A DNA stretch of 64,000 bases from Eledone cirrhosa (Eukaryota), in contig OZ024742.1 of assembly GCA_964016885.1 (NCBI GenBank), positions 140,492,001-140,556,000 on the forward strand, read 5' to 3'. Position 1 is the stretch's first letter, and each line of letters starts with the position of its first letter. A program made the translations under genes and the position numbers. Positions 27,020 through 41,030 of the stretch are shown here, piece after piece. The notes beneath the pieces were generated by a model. It had not been told where the DNA came from. It did not search any database and saw nothing but the letters and a program-made list of their open reading frames with translations.

Positions 27020-27240
27020 TTAAGTTGGTGGATTGGCAGAACTGTTAGAGCATCGAACAAATACTTTGCAATTTTTTTGACGGCTCTTTACATACTAAGT
27101 TCAAACCCCTCTGAGGTCAACATTGCTTTTCGTCCTTCCGGTGTCGATAAAATGAAGCACCAGTCAAGTACTGGTGTCAATTTAATCGATTTCCTCCTCC
27201 CCATAAATTATTGGTCTTGTGCCTAAATTAGTAACCATAT
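27020..27240 (+). mobile_element. tRNA-derived Meta/MESC-like SINE (related copies near 9550, 9770, 16305(-), 24290(-), 29535, 32915, 36005, 45255)
   Basis: TGGCAGAA A box, GTTCAAA B box, central gcttttcgtccttccggtgtcgataaaatgaagcacc. Confidence 0.75.
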
Positions 27241-27385
27241 TGGTTTTTAGTCTCAAAAAGTAATTACAACATACAAGAGTTTATTTTGACCCATTTTAAT
27301 ATTGGTTTGCTACCAACAGGGGTCTGTAAGGCAAATCATATTGAATGGTGAATCCATTATTTACAATAGTCTACTATATTTACAC

Positions 27386-27418
<33 letters not shown>

Positions 27419-28540
27419 TGTGTGTAAGTAGCCTTCTTCTTTATATTACAATTTAAACTACTTTGATACTTTAATTCATTTGTAGCCATAGATACTGTTA
27501 TTTTGATGACTTCACTAAACTCATTCATGCCACCTCCAATTCTGTTCACAAACATGGCACAAGAAAGAAAACTGGATTAAATTACCCCAAGAAGACAGCT
27601 AATATATAAATTTGCAACATCTCATCTCACTAATGATGTTCAGAGTGTTATTAGCTATGACTAGCAATGACACATTTCCAACTGCAAGCAGCTATTGTTT
27701 GAAACTTATGACCTCTCATCTTGCTAATGACCTTAACAACAGATTCAAGGAACTATTCTTTGCAATTTGCAACTTCTCATCTTGCTAATAATCTTCAGAG
27801 TGGCATTAGCAACAACACACTGTCGGTTATATCTAGATGCAAGTAGCTATTGTTGCACTTTCCTGCAGATTTTCATTACAAATCAACACTTGGTAAAGCC
27901 ATTTGCCATTATCCAGAATTCTCCCAATAATTAATATTTTAGTAGTGGGAGGGAATTCTTCGTCTTGTGCCCCACAAAAAACAAAACAACGTTACCTATT
28001 TCAGTACTGTGGCTATTTGGTTGCCAAACCAACCATTGTTATCTCATTAAGATTTTATTTCCTTGGGTACACACACACAAACATGCACATACAGACAGAT
28101 ACAAACACACATACAGATACAAGCACACATACTGATACAAGCACACATACTGACAAGACACAAACACACATACAGGCAAAAAAAAAAAACACATGCAGAC
28201 AAAACCACACATACAAACACAAACATACACACAGATATGCATTTGATTTAGAATTTTGTTTTCTGCATAATAGCAAATGTAATGATTAAATGTTGACTTA
28301 ATATAGCAGGAAAGTTAAGAAAGATGCTTAGTTCAGAATAATTAATGAAACATTCCATGTAAATATAAAGCACCATATACCTCCAACAGATTAGCTGATA
28401 CAGAAATTAATGGTTTATTTCTGTTTTTACTGTAATTAATGAATACTTCATAAAATATTGAACTTAATATATTAGTATAATATCAGTCTCATATAAATGA
28501 CTATTGCTTTCTATCCTCTCTCTCTCTCTATCTATTTCTT

Positions 28541-28645
<105 letters not shown>

Positions 28646-31600
28646 GTCACTCCTCCCACTGTTACGATGATCCATAGAATCCATCTCATATGTTACAGTT
28701 GTTATAAATCAAAAAAAGAAAAAAGAATATAAAAAAATATTTAAAAAGAAAAACAAAAAACAATGTGTTACTAGTACAGATATATTCCCTAGATTACAGT
28801 GATATGTTTTCTGGAATAATTTCTTTTTTTTTTTTCTCCTCTGATCCATTTATAAAATTTCCACAGAGACTATTATTATTATTGTTATCACTATTGTTGT
28901 TGTTGTTGTTGTTAGAACCAACCATTCAACATTCCCTGGCAGTTGCTTATGTTTTTTTTAATTGATGAACATTTAAGTATCTAAGAAATATGGCTAAATT
29001 TTATTAATATCATTATTATTATTATTTTTATCGTTATTATCATTATTATTGTTTTTCTTTTTTCAGTTTGGTTGCTTTGTTCAAAATGTTGTAGAACTCT
29101 AATGTTTTATGAAATATAATAAATTGTTTATGTCCTGTAACTTAGCAGTTTGACAGAAAGAGATCAATAAAATAAGTACCAGATTTGAAAAGAAAACATG
29201 TACTGGGTTCGATACCATTGACTAAATTCCTTTAAAATTGGTGCCCTAGCATGGCTATAGTCTAATGACAGAAACTAGTAAAAGAATAAATAAATAAATA
29301 AGTAAAGCTTAGATTGAAGTGTAGATTGAATTACGAAGTCATTAATTAAATATAAATATGTTATTAAATAAAGCAAGTGCTTTTAATTAAAATTTTTGAA
29401 GCTATTAATTATCACAAATTTGCATATTTGAATTAAGTCTTTAAATCTTTTACCTGGTAAGTAAAAAATAACAGAGAGAAAAAAGCAAAGAAATGTGTAA
29501 TATAATATATTTTGGCAAATTGTTATTATTATTATTATGGTAGATTGACAGAATCATGAGAGCATTTGACAAAATCCTTTCAGGAATTTGTTTGGGTCCT
29601 TTATGTTCTGTGTTCAAATTCTGCCGCAATCAACTTTGCCTTTCATCTTTCCTGGGTTGATAAAATAAAATGCCAGTCAACTACTGGGATCGATATAATC
29701 ATCTTTCCCCATTCCAAAAATTTCTGGCCATGTGCCTAAATTACAAACCATTTTTTTTTTTATCACCAGTACTGTTTAGAAAAATATCTCTCAAAATTTG
29801 CTCAGGTTTTTTTATTTTATTTTGTTATTTTTCTATTTTTAGTGCTGCATTTGTTTGTGCAACTTTTAAAAATTCATTTCTGGTCATTTCTGTAGAAATG
29901 TTTCTTAAGATTTGTGGAAATTCTATATATGGAATATAGTCCCAGTTTTGTGCTTTTCTAACCCTTGTGGAAACTAGTCAGCAGCTACCATATTATGAGA
30001 TCAAGTCAAGTTTGATAAGCTACCAATTAATTGTGAAATATAGTGGTTAGGGTGTTCAGCTCATGATTGTAAAGTCATGAGTTTGATTCCTGGTGGCACG
30101 TTGTGTCCTTGAGCAAGACACTTTATTTAACGTTGCTCCAGTCCACTCAGCTGGAAATAAATGAGTTGCACCTGTAATTCAAAGGACCAGCCTTGTAACA
30201 CTGTCACATTGAATCTCCCTAGAACTACATAAAGGGTAGACATGTCTGTAGCATGCTCAGCCACTTGCATGCTAAATTCCTGAGCAGGCTCTTCCATTGA
30301 TCAAACAACTGGAACACTCGTTGTTGGAACTAATGGAGGTGGAACACACCAATTAATTGATAGCAGTGTTCTGTTCTGTTCCTTGCCCTCATATATAGCT
30401 AGCTAGCTGTCGAAGTTCAGTTCTACTTGGAGTTGATGAAGCCAGCTGATTCTGTTGGCGGCAAACATCTTGGTTTGCCTTTTCAATGGTTGTTTTCAAA
30501 GTAAACAGGTTATTTGATATATACCTATTCATTGTTAAACGTGTCATGGAACTTTGTTGTGGGCTAAACCTGTTTTGAAATGTAGAAGAAAAATATAAAA
30601 TAAAATAAAATAAATAAAATGGTGAGGCTGTGATTTACATTCACTGGCCAGTGCTGGAAATCTTTCTTGCAGTTGAGGAACAGAGCTGAACACAACACCC
30701 ACTATTGCAACTATGCACACACAATTTAATATAGATTCGCTTCCAATATATGCTTCTTCTCTCTCTTTCTCTCTCTTTCACACATTTGATACAGAGAGCA
30801 AAATCCTACTTTTATTCTTAACATCATGTGATGATTTAACAGAAAATATCTAAAATCAAATTTGTTAACTAAAATGTTTCTAGTATCTTTACTAGTGGAC
30901 AGATCATTGTGAAAATTTGCCATATTAGATTAAAGACTTTAATTTGGGGGGTTGATTCAGCCATAGTGCTGTTTTGAACTTTTTAAATATGTCTTGCTAA
31001 TACAGTTTTATGTGGTGTAGGACATTAAGAATTAAACTGTGTTGTTAAATTTGGAGAAAGATTTTTTTTTTGTGACATTTCTAAATTATATAACTCTTTA
31101 TTCTAGGTTCCCTGATATAAATTATTATATACTCCCTTGATCTCCACTAAATTTGGTTTTCTGCTCTCTTAGCTATATTACTCTGTAAATGTTTGCTGGT
31201 TTCTATAAACAAACTTTTTACCTTTTCCCCTTTCTTTTTCTCTCCTATGCCTCTTGTTCTTTTCTTTCATTTCCTCATTTTCTCTCTCTCTCTCTTTCTC
31301 TCTTGAAAGGAAATACCTAAAATTGTTTGCTTTAATAGGAGTTACAAAAAAAAGCTTTGAATAACAGCCAAATTAACTTTGCACAATGTATAACAGCCTC
31401 ATAGCTTAAACTGTTTGTGTAATTTAGTTTTTGCAATGAAACTCTCTAAATTTCCCAAGTAGAATGTGTCTTGAAAATGCATTGTTCCTTCCAAAATGTT
31501 CCTCTAAGACCTTCATTTTGTTTCATTTACATGTATGTTAGTTATGTAAAAACCAACATCATACATGTATAGTTAAGTAAATCATTCAGAATCATAACTT

Positions 31601-33435
31601 CTTATACATTCCTTTTTTATTGTATTATCAACAGGTGAATTAGTTTATAATATATTTCCCTTGTTGATTAAATTTACATTCCACTGAAAGGCGAATCCCT
31701 TTCATTAACAAATCAATCAGTTTCTATATTTCCTTGTTGATTAAACATTCCACTGAAAGATCCCCCCCCCCCTCTCTGCTTTTCACCAATGCACTAATGT
31801 CAGAAAATATTATTTTATTAGTTTTCTTCTGTGCAAGTGTGCAGCCTAGTGGTTAGGGTGTTGGACTCGCAATTACAATGCCATGATTTTGATTCCTAGA
31901 CCAAGCAGCACATTGTATTCTTGAGCAAAACACTTCACTTCATGTTGCTGCAGTCTACTCAGCTGAAAATGAGTACCAGCAACAACCGCTGAGGGGTTAA
32001 TTCTGTGATGCACTGCCATCCTATCCCAGGAGAAATCTTGTACTCTCAATTGCTTAATGTTATTGAAACTGACCTGATGAGCTTCCAGGCTAAGGACAGG
32101 CTCTAACCTTTTTGTTTAATCTTTTTTCTGGGCAGTAAACAATCTATCTGGTGCAGTAGAAACATTCATCTATCATTTATTTATGATACTTTAATAATTT
32201 ATACATTAAATTTGCTTTGTTTTCTAAATTGGAACAAAGTAAAAGCCTGTATGTTGACCACAGAACTTAGTGTCAATCACCATTATTTTATAGTGCCTAT
32301 ATCCTAGCAAAGGCAAATGTTATCTCTCTTATATTCACTGTATCTACTTTATGCCCTCTGACCTATATTTTTTGTATTTATTTGTTATTTCCTTGTTTGT
32401 TTGTTTGTTTGTTTGTTTGTTTTTTTGTTTATTGTTTTGTTCCATTTTTTTTACTTTAAAAAAGGTGCTTCTTCACATTACTTGAAATATATAATTTCTT
32501 AATCAATTAACATACCAACATTAACTAGCAATAAACCAAACTTCCATCTCTCCCCTTCTCTATCTCATACATAGATGGTCATGTTAAGATGGAAATAAAC
32601 ACGAATTGTCTAATCACCTGAAATTATTATAAACCAATCACAGTGGGAAAATAAAAACTGATTGGCATTATAACTTTAGCCTGCTTGTGATGCTATTTAA
32701 TATCAAACGACAAGAAACCCCTAAATCGAAAGACTGCCTCAGGAACCTCTCCTGGCTCTATTTATCCTTATATGACCCTGGTCTGGTGGGTGGGGGGAAT
32801 AATGTATTTCTTTGCTTGATACTTAATGTAAGTTTAATAGTTATTCTTGTTGTTGTAGCCTGTTAACATTGCCACTGTTGTCTTCTACTTCCCTTGTTCA
32901 TATGTTGTACTATTAAGGCAGTGAATTGGCAGAGTTGTTAGAAAGTCAGGTGAAATGCTTTATAGTATTTATTCTGGCTCTCTGTGCTCTGAGTTCAAAT
33001 CCTGCCAAGGTAAACTTTGCCTTTCATCCTATTGAGGTTGGTAAATAAAGTACCAGTCCACTACTGGGGTTGATTCTTTCTCTCCATTTTCTGAAAGAAA
33101 TCGGCTTCATTCAGACCTGGTGAAGGATGGGCTCCACCAGGTTTATATGCCCAAGACGGTCCCCCTATGACTCCATCAAGAGTTAAGTGCCCCATGGATG
33201 TTGTGCTATAGACTAGCTGCACTCAAGCTAGCTAGTGTTGTTCGTTTATCAGTAGAGCGCTCCCAAACACATTATTTTTATTTTTTGTTTTTTGTTTTTT
33301 CTGAAACCTCCTCTGCTCTCCTCACTGGTCAGTTGAGACGATCAGTCAGTCAGTTGGTCTCCCTACAATGCCGGTACCATAATTCTGGATAATCAATGTA
33401 TTTTAGAGATCATGATCTGTCTTAGCAGACAGTGC

Positions 33436-33441
33436 AATAAA
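33436..33441 (+). terminator. Candidate distal polyadenylation signal of Rab3
   Basis: AATAAA followed about 20 nt later by a GT/T-rich tract (ctgtggtttgttgttttc); a second AATAAA near 33494. Confidence 0.3.
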
Positions 33442-36400
33442 GCTGTTCAGTACCTGTATTCTGTGGTTTGTTGTTTTCATTTCATTGCCAACCAATAAAA
33501 TTGACATTTATTGTACAACAAAGAAAAAACAACTTTGTCAGTTCTTTAATGTATTGTTTACAGCTCTGAATTAATTAAATCCAGTTAACTGTTTCATCCT
33601 ATTTCAACTTTTTTCTCCCTTTTCAGCATCTATATCAAACTTTACACCACTTTGGCTCACTTTCTTTAAAAGTAGCCATGAGAATGAGGGGAAAGTGGGC
33701 TAAAGAAGAGTAAAGGAGGAATAAAGAATCCAAAAGAAAAGAGAGTTTGGGTAGCTGGAAAGTGGGATAGGGAGGAATATGGGCTAAAGAAGGGTAAAGA
33801 AGCTGAAAGAGAGTTCAGGTAGATGGAAAGTGGGGATGGGGAGGAATGTGAACTAAAGAATGAGAAGAATGGGAAGGGGGAAGTAAGCTAAAGAAGAAGA
33901 AAATCATCTCTGCTTCAATTTTCATTTTTTTAAATCCTTTTGTACCATATTTCTAATGAAATACACTGTTTAAATAATTAGATATATTGATTCAACTAAT
34001 CAAAAATTTGAAAGGATTTTTTTTTTTTTAACAGTCTAGTTATTAAGTTGGTGTTTAAAACATAAATATCCTTTCATAAAATTATGATGGAAGATTTTTA
34101 GATAAACACTTTAGAATTAAACAAGTGGTTTTAGATGGTTTGGTATTAAAGGGGTTAAAATATTTATACTTATCTCAATACATTACAGCATAATTTTATG
34201 TAGTAATATTTCTTAATTTTTTATCCAAACACCAGCTTAATAACAAAAAGGTTATATAAATTCTTGATTATTTTTCAAAATTATTTGAAAGTCACAGGCA
34301 GTACATTTCATTAGAAATATAGTAATGAAAGAGTTAAATCATGCCTATATCTCATGAGTATTAGATTAAATGCATCATAGTATTTGTTATGTCTCTCTGC
34401 TCTGAGTTCAAATCCCGCAAAAGCCAACTTTGCCTTTCATGTACTTTGCTGTAAGTGGCTGAACATTCCACAAACCCATGCCCTTAACAAAATTGTCAGG
34501 GAGATTCAGAGTTACACAAGGCTGGCCCTTAAAAGTACAAGTACAGTTCACATGACAGGTTTCCATTTATCCAACTTAACTCACAAGACTTGAGTCAACC
34601 TGAGGCTGTAATTGACTTCGCCTAAGATGCCATGCAGTAGAATTGAACCTGAGACTTTATGATTCTGAAGCGAACTTCTTAACCATTTAGCCATGATCAA
34701 ACAGAGTCAAAAGGTCATACAATAATAAATGTATAAATGGAACAAAAAGGGTTGATAGAATTACAGGAACCAAAGTATGTTTATATAGCTTTAAAACTCA
34801 TCAGAAATCAATACTTGTCCTCTTTCTGACTTTCACCAATGACTCACAACACTAGTAAATAGAGTAGGATGTTTCAGACTAAAATCAGATCTACACAATA
34901 CAAATATTTGGTGTACACAGCATAGGGAAATAGTTAAGAAGTTAGCTTCATAATCATTAGGTCCTGGGTTCAATTCCACTGCAAGACATCTTGGACAAGT
35001 ATCATTTATAATGGCATCAGGTTGACCCAAGCCTTGTGAGTGAAATTGGGTACACAAAAACTGTTTGGAACCCCGTTCGATTGATTGTGCCTGTGATTCA
35101 AAATTTCAGCCCTGTCATTTTGAATCTGCCTGAGAATTATATTAAGGGTACACTTCTTTGTGGAATGCTTAGCAACTTGCACATTAATTTCACAGGCAAA
35201 CTCTTCCTTTGATAAAAAAAACTGGAATATTCATCATTGTAACTGACAGGCTGATTCCATTCCACAAATATTTGGAAATTGTATAAAATATTTCTGTTAA
35301 ATGACCATCTTACTTGTGTCCTATTTATAAAATATTTGTCAAATAACCATCTAACTGATGTCATCATCATTATTTTACATCTGCTTTTCCATGCTGGGAG
35401 AGGTTGGACAGGTCCTCTCCAGCAAAGTGTACTTTTACTCATGTTCAATTGTCATTTCCTCAGTGTGGTTCAGCATTTTGAGATCAGCTTTAATCACCTC
35501 TGACAAGGTTTTCTTTGGTCTTCCTCAATTGCAACTTCCTTCCAGTGACACTTCTTCATTCAGTGCCCATCATCCATATACATTACATGCCCATCCTAGT
35601 GCAATCTTTTCTCTTACACATTACATCTGATTCTTCTTATTTCTAGGTTTTCTTTCGGGCCATCCATGCCCTGTCATGCATGCACACTAACATTACACAT
35701 CCAATGAAGCATTGGTCAGAATATTAATTCTAAAACACAAGGTAATATGAATGGACCTCCATTGGTTTTAACAATGAGTGTTCCTATCGCTTGTTCCTAT
35801 TTATAAAATATTTCTAGTAAATAACTAATTATGCCTTATTCATAAAACATATTTCTAGTAAATAATTACCTAACTTGTTCTATTCATAATATTTTTAACT
35901 TGGGTCCTATATGTATAATATAAATCAACTTAACAATCATGCATGATAATGATGAAATATTTAGAGTGAAACTACTGCTCTGCTTATCAATCTAAATGTG
36001 GTTTCACATGGCAAATTGGCAGAAGTGTTAGAGCATCAGATAAAATTCCTTACACTGTTAGTTCCATCTCCTTTCATTCTGAGTTCAAATCCTGCTGAAG
36101 TTAACTTTGCCCTTTATCTTTCCAAGGTCAACAAAAGTACTAATCAAGAGTGTTGAAATGGTTAAATCATTGGAATATCAGATAAGATATCTTGCAATAT
36201 TTGTTCCAACTCTTTGTGTTCTGAGTTCAAATTATATACACCATATAAACAATGTGTTGATTAACTGCCTTATATTTGAGTATATACGGCAATTGAAAGA
36301 TGTTGGTAATGTCTTTTTTAGAAAATATGATGTTGAAAGGGGTTAAACTATGTGTAAATGTTATATTGCTATATTATCACTAGTGGACACATCATGGCTG

Positions 36401-36794
36401 ATTGGTTACAAAGTTCACTTCACAATCATTAAATCCTGGGTTCAATCCCACTGTGTGACATCTTGGGCCAGTATCATTTACTGTAGCCTCAGATCAATCC
36501 ATGCCTTGGGAATGAAATTGGGTGGACAGGAACTGGTTGGAAGCCTGTCAGATGGACTGTGCCTGTAATTCAAAGGGCCAGCTTTGTTGCTCACAGTGTC
36601 ACACGGAATCTACCTGGGAATTATGTTAATGATACATGTGTCTGTGGAATGCTCAGCCACTTACATGATGATTTCAGGAGCAAGCTGTACAGTTGATTAA
36701 ACACTCATCATCAAAACCAACAGAGATCTATTCATATTACCTTATACTTTAGAATTAATATTCTGAGCAATGTTCTCACTCAGCTACATGTATA

Positions 36795-39700
36795 TCATCA
36801 TCATCATCATCATCAACGTTTAACGTCTATCTTCCACGCTAGCATGGGTTTAGATGGGAATTGTCCCACTTGACGCAAGATTGGTCGTTTCACTCGTATA
36901 GGACTGTCTGGTAGGTTTTCTACAGCTGGATGCCCTTCCTAACACCAACCACGTTTATAGTGTGGACTGGGAGGTTTTTACTGTGTTACCTACACGGCCA
37001 CATTACAGTATGGACTGTGTGTTTTTTTGTCGTGACTCCTACACGACCTCATTTATTTAGGACTGGATGTTGTGGTACCAACATAACTTTACAGAGAAAG
37101 GGGTGGGAGTTGGGGTAGTGGGGTGGGGTGTATATTTGATTAAAAGGTGCCTACTGACTGTAGGTTTTGCTTTGTACATAGGCAAAGCGGGTCTTCTGTA
37201 TTACTGCATAGCGTCAAAGATCTCGATCCAGTGACATTGTCTAAGAGAGGTATAAGTGTGTAAGGTCGGAGTTTATCAAATCGTCCCAGGTTTTTCTGGG
37301 TCTGCCTACTCCGTAACTTCCATCAATTTTAATCGCCCTGCACTTTTTTATACAGCTTTCGTAACCATCACGTAACCATACCAACGTAGTCTTCTCTCGA
37401 CTAAACAGCATCTGATCCCTCTTATACCTTATTTCTCACTTAGTTCATTTACGCTTTGCTGTTCATGTATATTACTATTACACATCCAATGGAGCATGCA
37501 TGCTTCATTCCTCTCCAGTCTGCGTAGATCCTCTGCATAGATGCCCATGTCTCACTGCCATGTAACATTGCTGTTCGTATACAGGCATCATACAGCCTGC
37601 CTTTCATTTTTAGAGAGAAACCTTTAGTGGCCAATAGTGGTATAAGCTCTCTGAACTTTTTCCATCCCATTCTGACTCTGGCTACTGTACTTTCAGAGCA
37701 CCCTCCACCATTTTGTCACCCAGGTAACGGAAGGTGTCCACTATTTCTATAGAGCCATCTGGGCAATAGGAGCTAGTATCCTGTGGGCACTTGTTACTTA
37801 TTGCACCTGAGCACCGGCCACATATAAAATTGATGTTCTTAGATAGCTTACCTGTGATCCCACTACATCTTTTATGCACCCATACTTTGCATTTGGGACA
37901 TAAAATGGAATTTCTGCCTACTCCTTTCCTATACACTGAGCATGGCCATTTCCCAGAAGGGAGTGCCCTATTTTCCTTCCTACATACTAGAACTTTAGTC
38001 TTAGATAAATTAACTTTAAGGCCTTTTGATTCTAGGCCATGCTTCCATATTTCGAATTTCTTCTCTAGTTCATCCATCAACTCAGCTATGAGCGTTAGAT
38101 CATCTGCATATAGAAGTTCCCATGGGCAGCCGGTCTTGAACTCCTCTGTTATAGCCTGAAGGGCAATAATAAATAGGAGGGAGCTAAGGACAGAGCCCTG
38201 ATGAACACCGACTTTTACGCTAAATTCTTCACTATATTCGTTGTTAATTCTAACCTTGCTGAGTGATTCTTTATACATGGCTTGTATAGCTCTCACAAGC
38301 CATTCATCAACCCCTAGTTTTCTAAGGGCCCACCAGATAATGGCGCGGGGGACTCTGTCAAAGGCTTTCTCCAAGTCAACAAAAGCTAAGTATAGGGGTT
38401 TACTTTTAGCTAGGTACTTCTCCTGTAGTTGTCATATAAGGAAAAGGGCGTCTGTGGTACTTTTACCTGACACAAACCCAAACTGCATTTCATCTAGATC
38501 AATTCGCTCTCCGATTAGTTGCGCTATAACTTTTTCTGTGATCTTCATGACCTGGTCAATTAATTTAATGCCTCTATAGTTTCCCCTATCTAGGGCATCT
38601 CCTTTACCCTTGCCAATCATATGGTATGACCCCGTTCTGTATGACTTAGTTTACTATCCGGGTGACCATAGTGTGTCCCACCATTCCAAATGCTTTCAGC
38701 ATTTCAGCATCTACCTCCAAAGGCCCAGCTGCCTTGCCTGTCTTCATATCTTTGATTGCCTTACTTATTATACTACCTTCAACTTGCACTGCTGGTCCCT
38801 CTATTGGATCGATGTGGCGCAAACTATCTTTTTCCCATTTATTCTCCTCATTTAGTAGCCTCTCGTAATGGCAATTCCAAGCTACCTTCTTATCAGCATT
38901 AGTGAATGCAAGTACACCATCATTACAATATCACGGTTTTCCTTGACACATTGCCTAGCAATCCTGAACACCTCACGTTTTTGGTCCTCGCGTTGTAGAA
39001 CATGCTTGAACTTTCTTTCCTCTGCTTCCCTTCTTGCAAAGTACACTTGTCTCCTAGCTTCCCTCTTGGCCACTTGATAGTGTTCTCTACTTCCCCCATC
39101 CCACCATACTTTCCAAGCCTGCTTTTTGGTCTTGATTGACTCCTCCACATTACTGTTCCACCACCACGTTACTCTCCTCCTACCTATAGGTCTGCTCCAG
39201 CAACAGATTTCATCTGTCGCCTTCAGCAGGTTAACTTTTAGGAATTCCCACTGTTCCTCTATATTGTACATCTCTAATTGCTCTTCCTTACTGTCAAAAG
39301 CATCAAGTAATATGCTTTTAAATTTGTTACTGGCTGTGGGGTCTTTTAACTTCCATATTCTTCTCCTTAGGGTAGTCCTCCTCTGTTGTCGAGTACGTCT
39401 TGTCCTGACTATGAGGCTATGTTGGGAGGTGCATTCTTCATGGGGGAGGGATTTAGTGTTTACAACAGACACTCTGTCACATCTTCTGGTAAGGATATAA
39501 TCTATCTGACTGGCGTGTTCCCTTGATCTATATTATAGGTGATCAAGTGCTTGTCTCGTTTTTTGAAGTTTGTGTTACAGATAGTTAGGTTATTAGCGTC
39601 ACAGAATTCCAGGATTCTGAAGCCCTCCTCATTTCTAGTACCAAACCCATAGTCTCCATGGATTCCATCATAGCCGTCACAATATTGTCCAACATGACCA

Positions 39701-41030
39701 TTTATGTCGCCAGCAATAATTATGAAGTCACTGTTGGTTATTTGGGAGGTAGTGAGCATTAGCGACTCATAGAATCTGTCTTTTATAACGCCAGACAGTC
39801 CAGATTGGGGTGCATATGCGGATATTATTGTCACAGTAGTTCTATTTAGGACAAGTCTTATTTTAATTATTCTGTCGTTCACTCTATTTACGTCTATGAT
39901 CTTATCTACCCATTTTTCTGCTAACATAATTCCTACTCCACCCAGCCCATTGTCATTTCCCACCCAGAAAGGTTTATAGCATCGTTTTTTACCCACAATG
40001 AATCTAGCAGACCCACCCCTCCACCTGGTCTCTTGAACACAGCAAACATCAACTTCCTTACGTTCAAGTATTTCTACAACCTCGTTAGAACGACCTTTTA
40101 AAGTGCCTACATTCATGGTACCAACTCTGAAGTTTTGGATTGCGTTTGGTGGGTGGGGAGGATGGGTTGGAGGTGCAGGGAGGGGTGAGGGAGATGGGGT
40201 TATATTAGCCATCTGCGGCTGAAATAAAGAGGAGTCCTTGCATTCTCATCCGGTAACATGAGGTGAATTTATCTTTATCTTTGACATTGTCATTGAGTGT
40301 CCAGATTCTTCAGACTCTCCAGAATTCTATAGTTCATCTAGCATATCGAAAAGCAACTAGGTCTAAACTTAAGGAGTGATAGCCGAGGCGGTGGTTTTGT
40401 GATAGAGATTGGTAAGAGAAACATATTATAAGCCACTGAATTGGACCAAATAATAATAGTGGCGAGGGGGAGGGGGCGATCTGGAGGAGTTAGCTAGAAG
40501 GTTATTTTATAATATAATCCTAGAAATTTGGCCATAATTAAAGGAACATATAACAGTAATCAGAGTTTAAATACAAGAAGAAGATTGTTTTTGAGGGTCT
40601 GACAGAATTATGGAAGTTTAAAATACAAGAAGATTGTTTTGAAGGTCTGACAGAATTATCGAATAACATTGGAAAGATTGGATTCTAAGTTAAACGGATG
40701 ATATAATACTGATAGGTAAATGGACTAGGAAAAACATGGAGAGACAAGAAAATAGGGTGAAATACATTACATTTCTCAAAAACAAGTGGCTGGCCAAGAT
40801 AAGGGATCAACAATTCTGAGATTCGTAACTCACAACAGGTTCATTTTATATTTGTGGAGAGAGGGAGGGGATGAGAGAACCTGCAGCATATAAACGATGT
40901 ATGAGGGGGACAGAGAAGGGAGTAGGAAGAAGTTTCCCGAAAGGACTAGAAGGTTATTTTATAATATATCCTAGAAATTCGGCCATAATTAAACGAACAT
41001 ATAACAGTAATCAGAGTTTAAATACAAGAT
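36795..41030 (-). mobile_element. Near-full-length RTE-clade LINE, disrupted by frameshifts and stops
   Basis: APE endonuclease (GTMNVGTL, VQETRW, SAYAPQ, GDINGHVG) at 40212-39502; RT (NYRGIKL, QFGF, EKAFDRVPR, GVHQGSVLS, LLYADDL); PHD-like Cys cluster; RWYG; 3' UTR and (TGA)n tail. Confidence 0.93.

Noticed and set aside
31650-31762. Local duplication giving two ACATTCCA (miR-1 8-mer) sites
   Set aside because: Explained by a simple tandem duplication, and inclusion in the UTR is unproven.
32070-32100. CTGATGA matches here and near 34798(-), 46199, 48904, 55490(-) and 57646
   Set aside because: No properly placed GAAA..UH or stems; they are parts of SINEs, ORFs or (TGA)n tails.
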